A stretch of 64,000 nucleotides of DNA from an uncultured Bacteroidota bacterium. Lineage in GTDB: Bacteria > Bacteroidota > Bacteroidia > Bacteroidales > GCA-2748055. A program made the position numbers and the translations under genes. The notes under the pieces were generated by a model. It was given only the letters and a program-made list of their open reading frames with translations, was not told the DNA's origin and made no database searches. Shown here in pieces: positions 27,771 to 39,200 of the stretch. The stretch is taken from assembly GCA_963735755.1 (NCBI GenBank), contig CAVTME010000005.1, positions 49,585-113,584 of the forward strand, read 5' to 3'. Position 1 is the stretch's first letter; each line of letters opens with the position of its first letter.

Positions 27771-30314
27771 ATGATGAAGCTTCCCGCCAAGAAAGCCAGT
27801 CTGCTCTGGCTCTTTTCTCTTACATCAGCATGGCTCCTTTCCCAGGTACCCGAGGGAGGTACCATGCTCAACTCCGAAACAGGGACCACCTACCAGAAGG
27901 TTGGTTCTTGTACGGTCACACAGGTGGATGTTGAAGGCCAGGATTTTACAAAGGCCATCAGGGTCCAGGTGCGCGACAATGTTTCCAATGCCTGGGATGC
28001 CCAGCTGAAATTCCCTGCTGTAGCGGGAGTGTCGGAAACAGATGTGGTACTTGTGGCCTTTTTTGCCCGGACCATCGAGTCGGAAGAGGAGACAGGGGAA
28101 GGATTTCTAACAGTAGTAATTGAGCACAATGTGTCTTACGCAAAGGAGATATCTCATAAAATATCCATTGGTAGTGAGTGGAGGGAGTACTACGCCCCGG
28201 CTGAAGTTGCACATGATCTGGCAACATCCGAGGTGAGCTACCTGTTCCATATGGGCTACCCCAACCAGGTGGTGGAGGTGGCCGATGTCCGTTTCCTCAA
28301 TTATTTTTCTACCCTTGATCTGGAAGATCTGCCCGAGACGGAAATCACCTATGTGGGCCGTGCCCCGGATGCCCCCTGGCGCGCTCCTGCAGAAGAGCGC
28401 ATCGCTCAGTACAGGAAAGGATTGGCAGAAATTACCATTTACGATGCAGAGGGAATGCCGGTGAACGCAGCAGATGTGAAAATTCAGATGCAGCGTCACC
28501 AGTTTGGATTCGGAACAGCTGTTACGGCAAGCAACATTGTCAACAATAAAGTCTACAGGGATACCCTGTTCGATATTTTCAATGAGGTGGTATTTGAGAA
28601 CGATTTGAAGTGGCCACCCTTTGAAAACAGTTCAACCCACGGTCGCATTCTTAGCGCCCTGGATACCCTGGATGCCCATAAGGTTCCTGTCAGGGGGCAC
28701 AACATCATCTGGCCGGCATACAAATATATGCCTGATTTTATGGAGGATCTTTCCGGCGACCCTGAGCAAATGAGATTGGAGATTGATAAACGCTTCGATG
28801 AAGTGACAGCATTCACCAAAGGCCGTTTAAACGATTGGGATGTGATGAATGAACCCTATACGGAGCATGATGTTCAGGACATACTTGGAGATGAGGTGAT
28901 GGCCGACTGGTTCCGACGAACCCGGCGCAATGATCCTGGAGTGAAGCTTTACATCAATGACTATTATATCCTCAGCGGAGGCGGCATTAATAAGACAAAG
29001 CAGGATTATTACTACGACCTGATTGAGTATATTGATGAACGGGGTGGCCGGATTGACGGCATCGGAATGCAGGGTCATTTCAGCACAGACCTGACCTCCA
29101 TTACCAGGGTCTATGATATTCTGGACAGGTTTGCGGAGCTGGGCAAGGATATTAAAATCACGGAACATGATATTGCCATCACCCAGCGGGATGTGCAGGC
29201 TGACTATACCCGTGATTTTATGACCATTGTATTCAGCCACCCTTCGGTAAAGTCCATTCTCGCGTGGGGATTCTGGGCTGGTGCCCACTGGAAACCCGAT
29301 GCTGCGTATTTTGATAAAGATTGGAATATCCTGCCACACGGGGAAGTTTGGCGGGATCTGATCAAGAAGCAGTGGTGGACCCCGGCCATGGATACGGTTT
29401 CAGATGAAAACGGAAAGTACAGTTTTGAGGGATTTCTGGGAAGCTATTCCTACACCGTTCAGGTTGGCGATACCCTGAGGAAAGGTTTCTTTACCCTGGA
29501 GCATTCCAGGCAGAGTGGTGTAACAAATTCCATCATCATCTCCCTGGATGGTTCCATTCCTGAATCTGTTCAGGTCACCCCGGATCAGGAGGGCTTTATT
29601 TGTGAAGGTGAAGAGATGACCCTTCGTGCACCGGAGGAAGAGGGATTTGCCTATGCCTGGACCCTGGAGGGGCTGCCCCTTCCGGATACAACAGCTTCCA
29701 TCGTAGCAGTGGATTCAGGATCTTACCGGGTGACGGTGTCAAAACTTGGCGTCTCACTCACATCTGAGCCTTACTTCCTGGAGGTAATCGCCATTCCTTC
29801 CACACCGGTCTTAGTGGCTGATGGAGAACTGGAAGTTTGTGCCGGTGAAGCTGTCACCATCTCCCTGGATGGAATTCCGGATATTCAATCCGATTATGAA
29901 TGGTATCTTGACGGTGAGCGGGTACAATGGGGCGGTTCTTCCTATGATGCTGGTAAAACCGGGGAATACACCCTGAAAACTACCGACATCGGATGCGCCT
30001 CGATCTCGGAACCTGTATCTGTAAGCATTCTTCCCGAATCAGATTCCCGCTGCACCCTTGGAATGGAGGTGGATGAATCCAGCTCACGCATCTTTCCCAA
30101 CCCATGTAAGGGTTTAGTGCAGGTCGAACTGACAGGAGGGACAGGTACCGGACATGAGGTGGCCTTATACGATGTTATGGGACGACGGAGACAATCCGTA
30201 CTGACTGAACCGGGTACGAAACAGTTGACACTTTCTGTACCCGATCCTGGAATCTATATGGTGAAGATCATCCAGGGAACACATGTACAGACCCATAAAC
30301 TGGTTTCGGAGTAG
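27771..30314 (+). CDS. GH10 endo-beta-1,4-xylanase-type enzyme with N-terminal CBM-like domain, Ig-like repeats and T9SS C-terminal domain
   Basis: Start at MMKLPAKKASLLWLFSLTSAWLLSQ. GH10 hallmarks WDVMNEP (acid/base) and ITEHDI (nucleophile). C-terminal RIFPNPCKGLVQVEL...GIYMVKI sorting domain. Confidence 0.8.
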   Translation: MMKLPAKKASLLWLFSLTSAWLLSQVPEGGTMLNSETGTTYQKVGSCTVTQVDVEGQDFTKAIRVQVRDNVSNAWDAQLKFPAVAGVSETDVVLVAFFARTIESEEETGEGFLTVVIEHNVSYAKEISHKISIGSEWREYYAPAEVAHDLATSEVSYLFHMGYPNQVVEVADVRFLNYFSTLDLEDLPETEITYVGRAPDAPWRAPAEERIAQYRKGLAEITIYDAEGMPVNAADVKIQMQRHQFGFGTAVTASNIVNNKVYRDTLFDIFNEVVFENDLKWPPFENSSTHGRILSALDTLDAHKVPVRGHNIIWPAYKYMPDFMEDLSGDPEQMRLEIDKRFDEVTAFTKGRLNDWDVMNEPYTEHDVQDILGDEVMADWFRRTRRNDPGVKLYINDYYILSGGGINKTKQDYYYDLIEYIDERGGRIDGIGMQGHFSTDLTSITRVYDILDRFAELGKDIKITEHDIAITQRDVQADYTRDFMTIVFSHPSVKSILAWGFWAGAHWKPDAAYFDKDWNILPHGEVWRDLIKKQWWTPAMDTVSDENGKYSFEGFLGSYSYTVQVGDTLRKGFFTLEHSRQSGVTNSIIISLDGSIPESVQVTPDQEGFICEGEEMTLRAPEEEGFAYAWTLEGLPLPDTTASIVAVDSGSYRVTVSKLGVSLTSEPYFLEVIAIPSTPVLVADGELEVCAGEAVTISLDGIPDIQSDYEWYLDGERVQWGGSSYDAGKTGEYTLKTTDIGCASISEPVSVSILPESDSRCTLGMEVDESSSRIFPNPCKGLVQVELTGGTGTGHEVALYDVMGRRRQSVLTEPGTKQLTLSVPDPGIYMVKIIQGTHVQTHKLVSE

Positions 30315-30316
30315 TC

Positions 30317-31018
30317 CTATTTTAGCGGCAGCAGCCTGATATTTTTCCAGCGTACCTGGTAGGGTGTGGCATCTTCACCCACATCGTGTACCTGGAGACC
30401 GATGATCCCGCTAAGGGATAGCGCATCCCTGAAATCGGAAACCACCACTCCGTTTACAATGGTTTTGATGGCATCACCTTTGCATTCAATCCGGTAGGTA
30501 TTCCACTGCTTGGGTTTGAACGCTTTTCCCACTTTGGAATCTCTCTCCGGCCACCAGGGTGTCATGGCCCTGCGGGCTTCGTCATACACACCTCCTGCGC
30601 CACCACCGGCTGCGATCTCCACCTGGTAACCGTAAACCCTGTCTGCAGGAATGGTATTGGATTGGTACTCTCCCTCATTATTTTTGAACCAGAACATCAG
30701 TTCATGGGGTGCGATCTGGCTTCTGAACTGCACACCTGAGTTCAGCTCGTTGTCCTCCAGAAGAACTTCAAATTCAAGAATAAAATCAGCATACTCCTTC
30801 TCAGTGCAAAGAAAGGAGTTGGGACTGTTGGGGACAGCCTGTCCCACGATACAGCCATCTTCCACGCGGTATTTGGCATGGCCGCTGTGGATGGACCATC
30901 CTTCAAGGGTCTCTCCGTCAAATAGATTGATCCATCCTTCTTCCTGTACAGGAGAAGTGCAATACACCGGAAGTAAGATGATGGCCAGGGCCAGCGAAGC
31001 AAAATAATGGGCTTTCAT
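30317..31018 (-). CDS. DUF1080 (3-keto-disaccharide hydrolase-like) domain protein, secreted
   Basis: GWINLFDGETLEGWS..., LQVHDVG..., ending VRWKNIRLLPL. Classic DUF1080 pattern with a signal peptide. Confidence 0.75.
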   Translation of the reverse strand: MKAHYFASLALAIILLPVYCTSPVQEEGWINLFDGETLEGWSIHSGHAKYRVEDGCIVGQAVPNSPNSFLCTEKEYADFILEFEVLLEDNELNSGVQFRSQIAPHELMFWFKNNEGEYQSNTIPADRVYGYQVEIAAGGGAGGVYDEARRAMTPWWPERDSKVGKAFKPKQWNTYRIECKGDAIKTIVNGVVVSDFRDALSLSGIIGLQVHDVGEDATPYQVRWKNIRLLPLK

Positions 31019-31099
31019 AATATGAATGTTGTAGTTGGTAAGAGCTCTAAATTAAATAATATTATGGAATACTCTCTCACTTTTGTATATTGAAATCCC

Positions 31100-32232
31100 A
31101 TGAACCTGGCTGCGATTATTTTCTTTTCAAGTCTTGGTATCCTCTTCAATCCGGAGGGATACAAGGATCGGACCGAGTATCTGTTTGAAAGTGGAACAGA
31201 AGGCTATGCCTGTTTCCGGATTCCGGCCATTGTGACTACAAACAAAGGGACCTTGCTTGCTTTTGCCGAAGGGCGGAAGAGGCGGTTGTTCTGATACCGG
31301 GAGATATCGATCTGGTCTTGAAACGCTCCGGGGACCAGGGAAAAACATGGAGCGAACTGATGGTGATCCTTGATGATGGGGAGAATGTTTGCGGGAATCC
31401 CGCTCCCGTGGTGGATGAAAACACCGGGGCCATCCACCTGCTATCCACCTGGAATATGGGTGAGGACCATGAAAGCGAAATTATCAATGGAAGCAGCAGC
31501 GACACACGCCGGGTTTTTTTGATGAGCTCTCTGGATGATGGAAAAAGTTGGTCCGAGCCTGTGGATCTTACCGGGTCGGTGAAGAAGGACAACTGGACCT
31601 GGTATGCCACCGGACCCTGCCACGGGATCCAGCTCAAGGAAGGACCACACAAGGGCAGACTTCTTATTCCCTGTGACCATATTGAATCCCAAAGCAGGAA
31701 ATACTTTTCTCATGTCATTTTTTCGGATGACCATGGTGTAAGCTGGAAACTGGGAGGCATTGCCCCCGAAGACCAGGTGAATGAATGCACCGTGGCTGAG
31801 CTAAGCGACGGAAGGATCATGTTGAACATGAGGAACTATGACCGGACACAGAAGAGCCGGAAGGTGACCTACAGTGAAGATGGAGGAGAGAGCTGGAGCT
31901 CACTGGTTTCTGACAGCACCCTGATAGAACCCATTTGTCAGGCCAGCCTTCTCAGCGTCTCAGCCGGTAATGAAGGGAAACAATTCCTGCTTTTTCTGAA
32001 TCCTGCGGATGAGAATGAAAGGCAAATGATGACCCTCAGGATCAGTAAGAATGACGGTGTGGACTGGACAGGGGAGATGGTGCTTTACCCGGGTCCTGCA
32101 GCCTATTCGGACCTGACACGATTGCCTGGAGGGGATGTGGGCTGTCTTTTTGAAGCTGGTGCAGCGCATCCTTACCAGGGGATTGTATACCGTGTGGTCC
32201 CGTGGACTCAGATTTTAGACACGCAACTATAG
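31100..32232 (+). pseudogene. GH33 exo-alpha-sialidase (BNR/Asp-box), 2 closely spaced frame changes near 31280-31300
   Basis: FRIP motif (CFRIPAIV). Asp boxes SGDQGKTW, SLDDGKSW, SDDHGVSW, SEDGGESW. AFAEGRK / GGCSDTG / DIDLVLKRS lie in three different frames. Confidence 0.85.
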
Positions 32233-32260
32233 ATTAGATATAAAACTAAAACCAACAAAG

Positions 32261-33731
32261 ATGAATCGACGTGATTTTTACAAGAAAAGCAGCTTACTGG
32301 GTCTCGGACTGGTGGCAGGCTCTTCAGTCCTGGGCAGGGAGCCCTCCATTTCCTCAGATCCTGCCTTTTATAAGGAGGCTGCCAAAAATCTGCCAGTCAG
32401 GCAATTTGATGTGGTTGTAGCCGGCGCAGGAACAGCCGGAGTGATTGCAGCCATTGCCTCTGCCAGGCAGGGGGCCAGGACCATTCTTGTGGAAGCCAAG
32501 GGATATCCGGGAGGTGTTGCTGTGGAAGGCGGGACGGCGCTGCACAGTTTTTTTAACCTGTGGAAGGCCTTCCCCGGGGTTGAAAAAAGGCAGCTGGTAC
32601 GGGGAATTCCTGCAGAGATGATCGACCGTCTCACAGCCAGGGGAGGAGCCACCGGTTATGCCGAGATGATGAAGCACTATGAGTACGATTCGGTATGTAC
32701 GGCCATTGATACAGAAAAATATAAACTGAATGCCTTTGAGATGCTGGACGAAGCGGGGGTGTAATATATGTGTAAACACCTTCTGGCGGGGGTGATCAAG
32801 GAGAAAAAGGAAGTGAAGGGTGTGATTCTGGAAAGCCGCTCTGGACGCGAGGCAATCTTTGCCAAATCTTTTGTGGACTGCACGGGATATGGCGACCTGG
32901 CAGCTCATGCAGGTGCGGAATTTACACGAGCCCAATGATTATGCAGTGGTGAACAGCATGGGCCTGGCCAATGTGGATATCGAGCGCTACTTTCATTTCC
33001 TGAATTCCTCCGATTCGGTGGGACAACTGGCTTATGGTCCCCGTGACGGGGTACCCGGACAAATCGTCCGCCTGGGATCGGAAGGTTCCAATGGATACCC
33101 GGATGGATTTGTGGAAGGTGCGCATGCCATCGGAATGTCATCCATTTCCACTACGGTGCACGACGATTACCTGATGTTCATCAAGTTGAACCTGAAGCTT
33201 TCCCAGAGTCCGACCGACAGGGATACAGTAGCCAAAGCGGAGCTGGAGCTGCGGAAGCGGATGCAAACCGGGGTGGAACTGTTTAATAAATATATTCCTG
33301 GTTTTGAAAGGGCATTTATCTCACGCACCAGTCCCAACCTGGTGATCCGGAGGGGCAGACTGATTACCTGCGATTATGACATTAGCCATGAGGATGTGAT
33401 CAACGGGGAACATTTTGAGGACGATGTTTTTGTATACGGTTTCATGACATGGCTCCCGCGCTTGCAGATTAAGGATGGCGGCAGTTACGGGATACCCTAC
33501 AGGGCCTTGCGTGTAAAGGGCATCAGCAACCTTTTTGTTTCGGGGATGATGATCACCTCCGATCACCGGGCCCACATGTCTACCCGCAACACGGTCAGCT
33601 GCATGGGTCAGGGACAGGCCAGCGGCACAGCTGCAGCCCTCTGCGCCCTGAATGATTATGACAGCAGGGGATTGCCCTACCAGAATTTAAGGGATGAGCT
33701 GGAGAAGAACGGAGTCTATTTCGAATCATAA
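32261..33731 (+). pseudogene. Tat-signal FAD-dependent oxidoreductase (FAD_oxidored-type), in-frame TAA at 32762-32764 plus one frameshift near 32918
   Basis: MNRRDFYKKSSLLGLGLVAGSSVLG (twin-arginine). DVVVAGAGTAGVIAAIASARQG dinucleotide fold. Homology continues after the TAA in the same frame (LLAGVIKEKKEVKGVILESRSGREAIFAKSFVDCTGYGDLAA), then shifts to ORF 32859..33731. Confidence 0.75.
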
Positions 33732-33752
33732 ATATTTATTTAAGATAAGCCC

Positions 33753-36221
33753 ATGAACAATTATAGCAATGTATTGCTGGTGGCCGTGCTCCTTCAAATT
33801 GGTCTGATCTCATGTCAACAGGAAAAAACAGACCAGATAGCCTTGCTCCCTGAGGTGCTGAATAAACCTACGGAGAAGGAACTTATCTCTCTAAACTCAG
33901 GTGAACAATCCCAATGGACCCTTTACTACGGACTTCAGGATGAACAGGCTCCACGCTCTCCGGAGGAGTTGAAAAAATCAGCTTTCCCAGATATCCCGGC
34001 TTTTGTGCCCGGTAACGTTGAGATTGACCTGCAGGAAGCAGGGGTCATTGAAGATCCCATGATCGGCGACAATGTGTACGACCTTCGTCAGTACGAGACC
34101 TATCAGTGGTGGTACAACCGTACATTCTCCAAGCCCGAAAAGCCGGAGGGTCACCGCATTGAACTTTGCCTGGAGGGAATTGATTGTATTGCCGATGTAT
34201 GGTTGAATGATGAGAAAATTGCACGGGTGGAAAACATGTTCGTGGAACACCACTATGACATTACCGACCTGGTCCGGGAGAAGAACCAGCTCTATATTTG
34301 TATCCACTCCACGGTTTTAGAGGCCAGGAAATATATACGAAACAATTTTGGGGTCCGCTACGATGCCCTTGCCGAAAATGTCAATATTCGCAAGGCCCCG
34401 CATATGTTTGGCTGGGACATCATGCCCAGGCTGGTCAGTGCAGGTATCTGGCGTGATGTGAATCTGGAAATCATTCCACCCACCCATTGGGAAAGTGTTT
34501 ACTGGGTTACCAAAAATGTGGATGTGGAAAACAGAAGCGCCAGTATGTACGTGGACTGGGAGTTCGCCACTGAGCGTCTGGATATTGATGACCTGAGACT
34601 GGAGATCAGCCTGGAACGTCAAGGCAAGGTGGCCTTTGAGAAAACAATAAAAGTGTATACCACCATATCCAGGGAGCGAATTGAAGGATTACAGGAGATC
34701 GATTTTTGGTGGCCCAGGGGCTTTGGGGGTGCGGCCCTCTACGATGCAAGTGTGAAACTTCTGGACAGCAATGGAATGGTGTTGTGCGAAAACCTGCAGC
34801 AGATTGGCATCCGTACTGTGGAGCTGGACCGGACAGAAGTGAATACTCCTGAAAATCCGGGGGAGTTTGTCTTTGTGGTAAACGGGGAGAAAGTTTTTGT
34901 AAAAGGGACCAACTGGGTGCCCCTGGATGCCTTGCACAGCAGGGACCTGCAGCATGTTGAACAGGCTGTGGGCATGCTGGCTGATCTGAACTGCAACATG
35001 ATCAGGCTGTGGGGTGGCAATGTGTATGAAAGTGAAACATTCTATGAGCTTTGTGACAGCAATGGAATCATGGTCTGGCAGGATTTTACCATGGGCTGCA
35101 CCACCTATCCCCAGAGCAGGGAGTTTGCTGAAAAGATCAGGGTGGAAGCCGAAAAAGCAATCCGGCGTCTGAGGCAGCACCCATCCCTTGTCCTGTGGGC
35201 GGGAAACAATGAAAATGATGTCTCTCTGGACTGGTCCGGAGACCAGTCCCACATTGATCCCAACACAGATATCATCAGCAGGCAGGTATTGCCTCTGGCA
35301 GTTCGTGAATACGATCCCAAAACACCCTATCTGCCCAGTTCACCCTTCATCAGTTCAGAGGTATTCCAACTGAATAACAGGATCAATCCAGAAGCCTCAC
35401 CCGAGATGCATCTTTGGGGCCCTCGGGGCTACTACAAGGCGCCGTTTTACACTGCCAACCGGGCCAAATTCGTTAGTGAGATAGGTTATCATGGTTGTCC
35501 CTCACGCGAAAGCCTGGAAAAAATGATGGAGCCCGGTTTTGTCTACCCCTGGACGGATGGATTTCAATGGAATAAACAGTGGCAGGCCAAGGCTACCATG
35601 TCTCATCCCAATGCAGAAACCAGCCGCGAACGAAACAATTTGATGATCAACCAGGTGGACATTTTATTTGGAGAAGTCCCCACGGACCTGGATACGTTTA
35701 TTGCAGCATCTCAGGTTGTTCAGGCCGAGGCCATGAAATATTTCGTGGAGTTCTGGCGCATGAATAAGTTTGATCGCAACGGAATCCTCTGGTGGAATCT
35801 GCGGGACGGATGGCCCGTTGTTTCAGATGCCATCGTGGATTATTACGTGAACAAGAAGCTGGCCTACCACTATATCAAAAAGGTGCAGAAGGATGTTTGT
35901 GTGATGATTGGGGATGAAGGCCTGGTGGAAGATGCCCGGGGTGCGGGGCACCCCATTGTGGTGGTCAACGATACACGTGAACCGGTGTCTGGAAGCCTGA
36001 GTATTACAGATGCCCAGACAGGCAGGGTGGTATACAGGGGGACATTTCAGGTGGATAAAAATGGTAAATCCATCAAGGGTTATCTTCCCGATCCGGGTAA
36101 AACCACATTGTGGCTCATTGAATGGGAGCTTGACGGTGAGGTTCTCACCAATCATTACCTGGCTTTTAAACCCCCGATTGAACTGGGACAATATTTACAA
36201 TGGAAAGCTTTGCTACATTAA
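33753..36221 (+). CDS. GH2 family glycosidase, beta-mannosidase-like, lipoprotein
   Basis: Lipobox LISC. VNGEKVFVKGTNWVPLD, NMIRLWGGNVYESETFYELCDSNGIMVWQDF, LWAGNNEN (acid/base region). Intact, 822 aa. Confidence 0.75.
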   Translation: MNNYSNVLLVAVLLQIGLISCQQEKTDQIALLPEVLNKPTEKELISLNSGEQSQWTLYYGLQDEQAPRSPEELKKSAFPDIPAFVPGNVEIDLQEAGVIEDPMIGDNVYDLRQYETYQWWYNRTFSKPEKPEGHRIELCLEGIDCIADVWLNDEKIARVENMFVEHHYDITDLVREKNQLYICIHSTVLEARKYIRNNFGVRYDALAENVNIRKAPHMFGWDIMPRLVSAGIWRDVNLEIIPPTHWESVYWVTKNVDVENRSASMYVDWEFATERLDIDDLRLEISLERQGKVAFEKTIKVYTTISRERIEGLQEIDFWWPRGFGGAALYDASVKLLDSNGMVLCENLQQIGIRTVELDRTEVNTPENPGEFVFVVNGEKVFVKGTNWVPLDALHSRDLQHVEQAVGMLADLNCNMIRLWGGNVYESETFYELCDSNGIMVWQDFTMGCTTYPQSREFAEKIRVEAEKAIRRLRQHPSLVLWAGNNENDVSLDWSGDQSHIDPNTDIISRQVLPLAVREYDPKTPYLPSSPFISSEVFQLNNRINPEASPEMHLWGPRGYYKAPFYTANRAKFVSEIGYHGCPSRESLEKMMEPGFVYPWTDGFQWNKQWQAKATMSHPNAETSRERNNLMINQVDILFGEVPTDLDTFIAASQVVQAEAMKYFVEFWRMNKFDRNGILWWNLRDGWPVVSDAIVDYYVNKKLAYHYIKKVQKDVCVMIGDEGLVEDARGAGHPIVVVNDTREPVSGSLSITDAQTGRVVYRGTFQVDKNGKSIKGYLPDPGKTTLWLIEWELDGEVLTNHYLAFKPPIELGQYLQWKALLH

Positions 36222-39200
36222 ATGAGGCCCTTTTACTATAGCGTTTGCATCCTTATCTTTTTTCTGTTTGTGTTTGGGGCCCATGCTCAGGTTTTAAGCC
36301 TGGAGCATGAAGCCAACCAAATTGATGGTTTTACCAGGCTCTCCTTTGAAAAGGGGATTCTCAAATGTAAGGCCGGGAAAAAGGCTGAAGGATTCCTGGT
36401 CATCAAATCTGATGTGCCACTTCGTTTGGAAACTACACACAATGTGGAGGCTGTGCTTAAACCGGGGTGGGATGGAACATTGGGCTACAAGTGCTACGGA
36501 CTCTCTCTGAAAATGAAGAAAGCAGGACGGGCAGAAGTAAGGTTTCACAGGGATGAAGCTCCTGGTAAACCCAAACCAAGCAGCAGTGATGAACTGGAAA
36601 AATACAGACATACACTGGAGCGCAGGCCCTCCCGTTTCCAGGGTGATGCAGCAGATTTGGCCGGGTGGCAGAACCGCTACCGGGACTCGCTGATCCAAAC
36701 CCTGATGGGGGGTGCCATCCCCGAAAGGGTCCCCGGGAAAGTGAATATTGAATATGAGAAAGCTTTTGAGAACTTCCGTCTGATCTCTTTTACTTACCAG
36801 TCCAGGGAGGATCGCAGGAATGAGGCCCTTCTGAGTATTCCAAACGATGTTCAGAAAGCTCCCCTGCTTGTGGCTCTTCACGGTCATGAGACCACATGGG
36901 GTAAGGCCGACTCGGCAGCTTTCAGAGAAGGGCATATTGATGATTTCTGTGCCTTTTTTGCCAACAGGGGATGGGCGGTCCTGCAGCCTGCCACCATGGA
37001 TCATCACCTTCAATATCCGGACTGGACCCTGCAGGGAGAGTGGACATGGGATGCCATCACCGCCATCGATGTTTGCAACACTTACCCTTCCATCGCGATG
37101 GATCGGATAGCGGTATGCGGCCTGTCCACCGGGGCCCACCTGGCCATGAACCTGCTGGCTCTTGATGACCGGGTTCAATGCGGGGTGGTAGCCTGTATTT
37201 TGAGTACCTGGAATCACTATGAGAAAAGAATGAGGATCCCCCCACATTGCGATTGTGGTATCAGTCATCAGCTTTCATCGGTGATGGAGCAGTGTGACTG
37301 GGCAGCCCTGGCTGCACCCAAACCGGTTCAGTTTCAACACGGCCTGCAGGATGCATCCTTTTGTCCCGGAGCAGATGCATCTCTGCTCGACCTGGAATGG
37401 AACACGGGCATTCTACCCCCCGGGGAATATGGCGCCATGTTTGCTGAAATTGAAAAGGCTTATGAGCTGTATGAGAAAGATGGGAATGTAAGCACCCTTT
37501 TTCACCATGGCCCGCACAGTGTAAACAACGAGAAAGCCTTTGATTGGATCACCTCTGCCCTTGGACAAGCCAGGTCCGATCTGATCACTACTGGCCACAT
37601 TCAGTTCATGGATCTGGACCGCGATGGGGACCCCGATGTCCTGCAAACAAGGTCTGTCGGTGGAATTCCTGTTCAATGGATTGATGACGATGATGATATG
37701 CATCCGGATGACCTGCAGGGGGACAGGGACAGTGATTGTTTGATGGTGGACAGGAACAATGATGGGACATATGGTGCTTTTGGTGATCTGATGGTAGACT
37801 GGGTTGATGAGGATAAGGATGGAAAGGCAGATATACAGCTTATTGCAGATAATCGGGACCTGGAAAATGGTGCCGGGGATCCCGGGCATTTTATGATTTC
37901 CATTGATACGGACCAGGATGGGGTCTTTAACTATGTAGATTGGACCACTTTTAAACTGGAAGCATGGGAACATGCGGGAAAATGCGCTTTCTTTTCGGAC
38001 TACAGCGGACAAAGTATGTTTCTGAAGATTCACGCTTCCACTTTTGATATTGAAGATTTGCGCTTCAACTGGGAGAATCCTTTTTTGTTTTACGATTGGG
38101 ATGACGATCAGTTTACGGAGATGACCATACGCCTGGTGGATTCCCCCTTAAAAAATGCTTCAGGACGAAAGCTTTCATTGTCAAAGGAAATTACTTCCGC
38201 ATATCTCTCCTTTGATATGGACAACGACAGCAGGCAGCACAACGATTTCGACTATGATATGAGCCTGCGTTTCAAGGGCAGCGGATTCGGATATGATACT
38301 TACAGCCATCCCTTTCATAGTTTAAGTGGTCTCCGGGAGGCCGATACCTTTTTTCTCGATCCCAGATGGAGACAACTGAGCGAGTTGATTTATGTGGGCC
38401 ATGAAGAGGCGTACAGCGAAGTCTTTGAAGAGGGGATATGGGATGAGTGCTGGTTTGTTTTTGATGAGGATGATGATTGCCACCGCTGGGAACGTGTGGA
38501 ATTTTATGAACCCGAAAATCTTTTCTCCGCAGGAGCCCGGAAAGGTGGTTTGGATAACAATCCCCAGGCAGATGTCAGTGGCGATCGCGGTGAATGGGAC
38601 AGGGATAATTCGGGCAAAGGGAAGATGTATATCTCTGGTTTTGATGGGAAACTGCATCTTTTCGGTGCTGAAACGGGCGCCTGGCGGATCGATCGGCATG
38701 CAACATATTACCAGGGCTGGCAGGGCTGGCGTGGAGGGGGAGATCATACGCCAAATGATCCCTCACTGGCTACACCAGAAAATTTTCCCACCATCAGGTA
38801 TTCAGATTCAGATCTGAATGGCTTTCTCGATGTGATTGAATACGATATGGATGGAGATACCTTGTTTGAACAACAGGATTCGATCCTGAAGCTAGGTGTA
38901 TCAGACACACAACTTGTTTATAATACTGCCGGGTTTAGCTATGGTGATTACCGGGAGCTTTACAGAAAGATGAGTGAAAACATGTGGGAGAGAGCGCTGG
39001 ATGCGCTCAGGCTTGCTGAGGTATTTGGTTTAGAAACAGATGGATACGCAGACATGCTCCATCCGGCAACAGAGCGTGAAAAGTATCATTACGGTTTTTG
39101 GCTGAACTACCTTATCTACCAGGAAATGATGAAACTGGGTGAAAGATTGGAAAGCAAAGATTTATGGCAAGAAATTAAAGTCGCCTACTATTCCGGAAAG

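Noticed and set aside
36294-37268. 324-aa minus-strand ORF, the longest unannotated ORF in the track
   Set aside because: It lies entirely antisense to the esterase domain of the 1001-aa gene, whose translation has clear hydrolase motifs. The antisense product is Pro/Gly/His-rich low-complexity sequence with no signal or motif. It is a typical shadow ORF.
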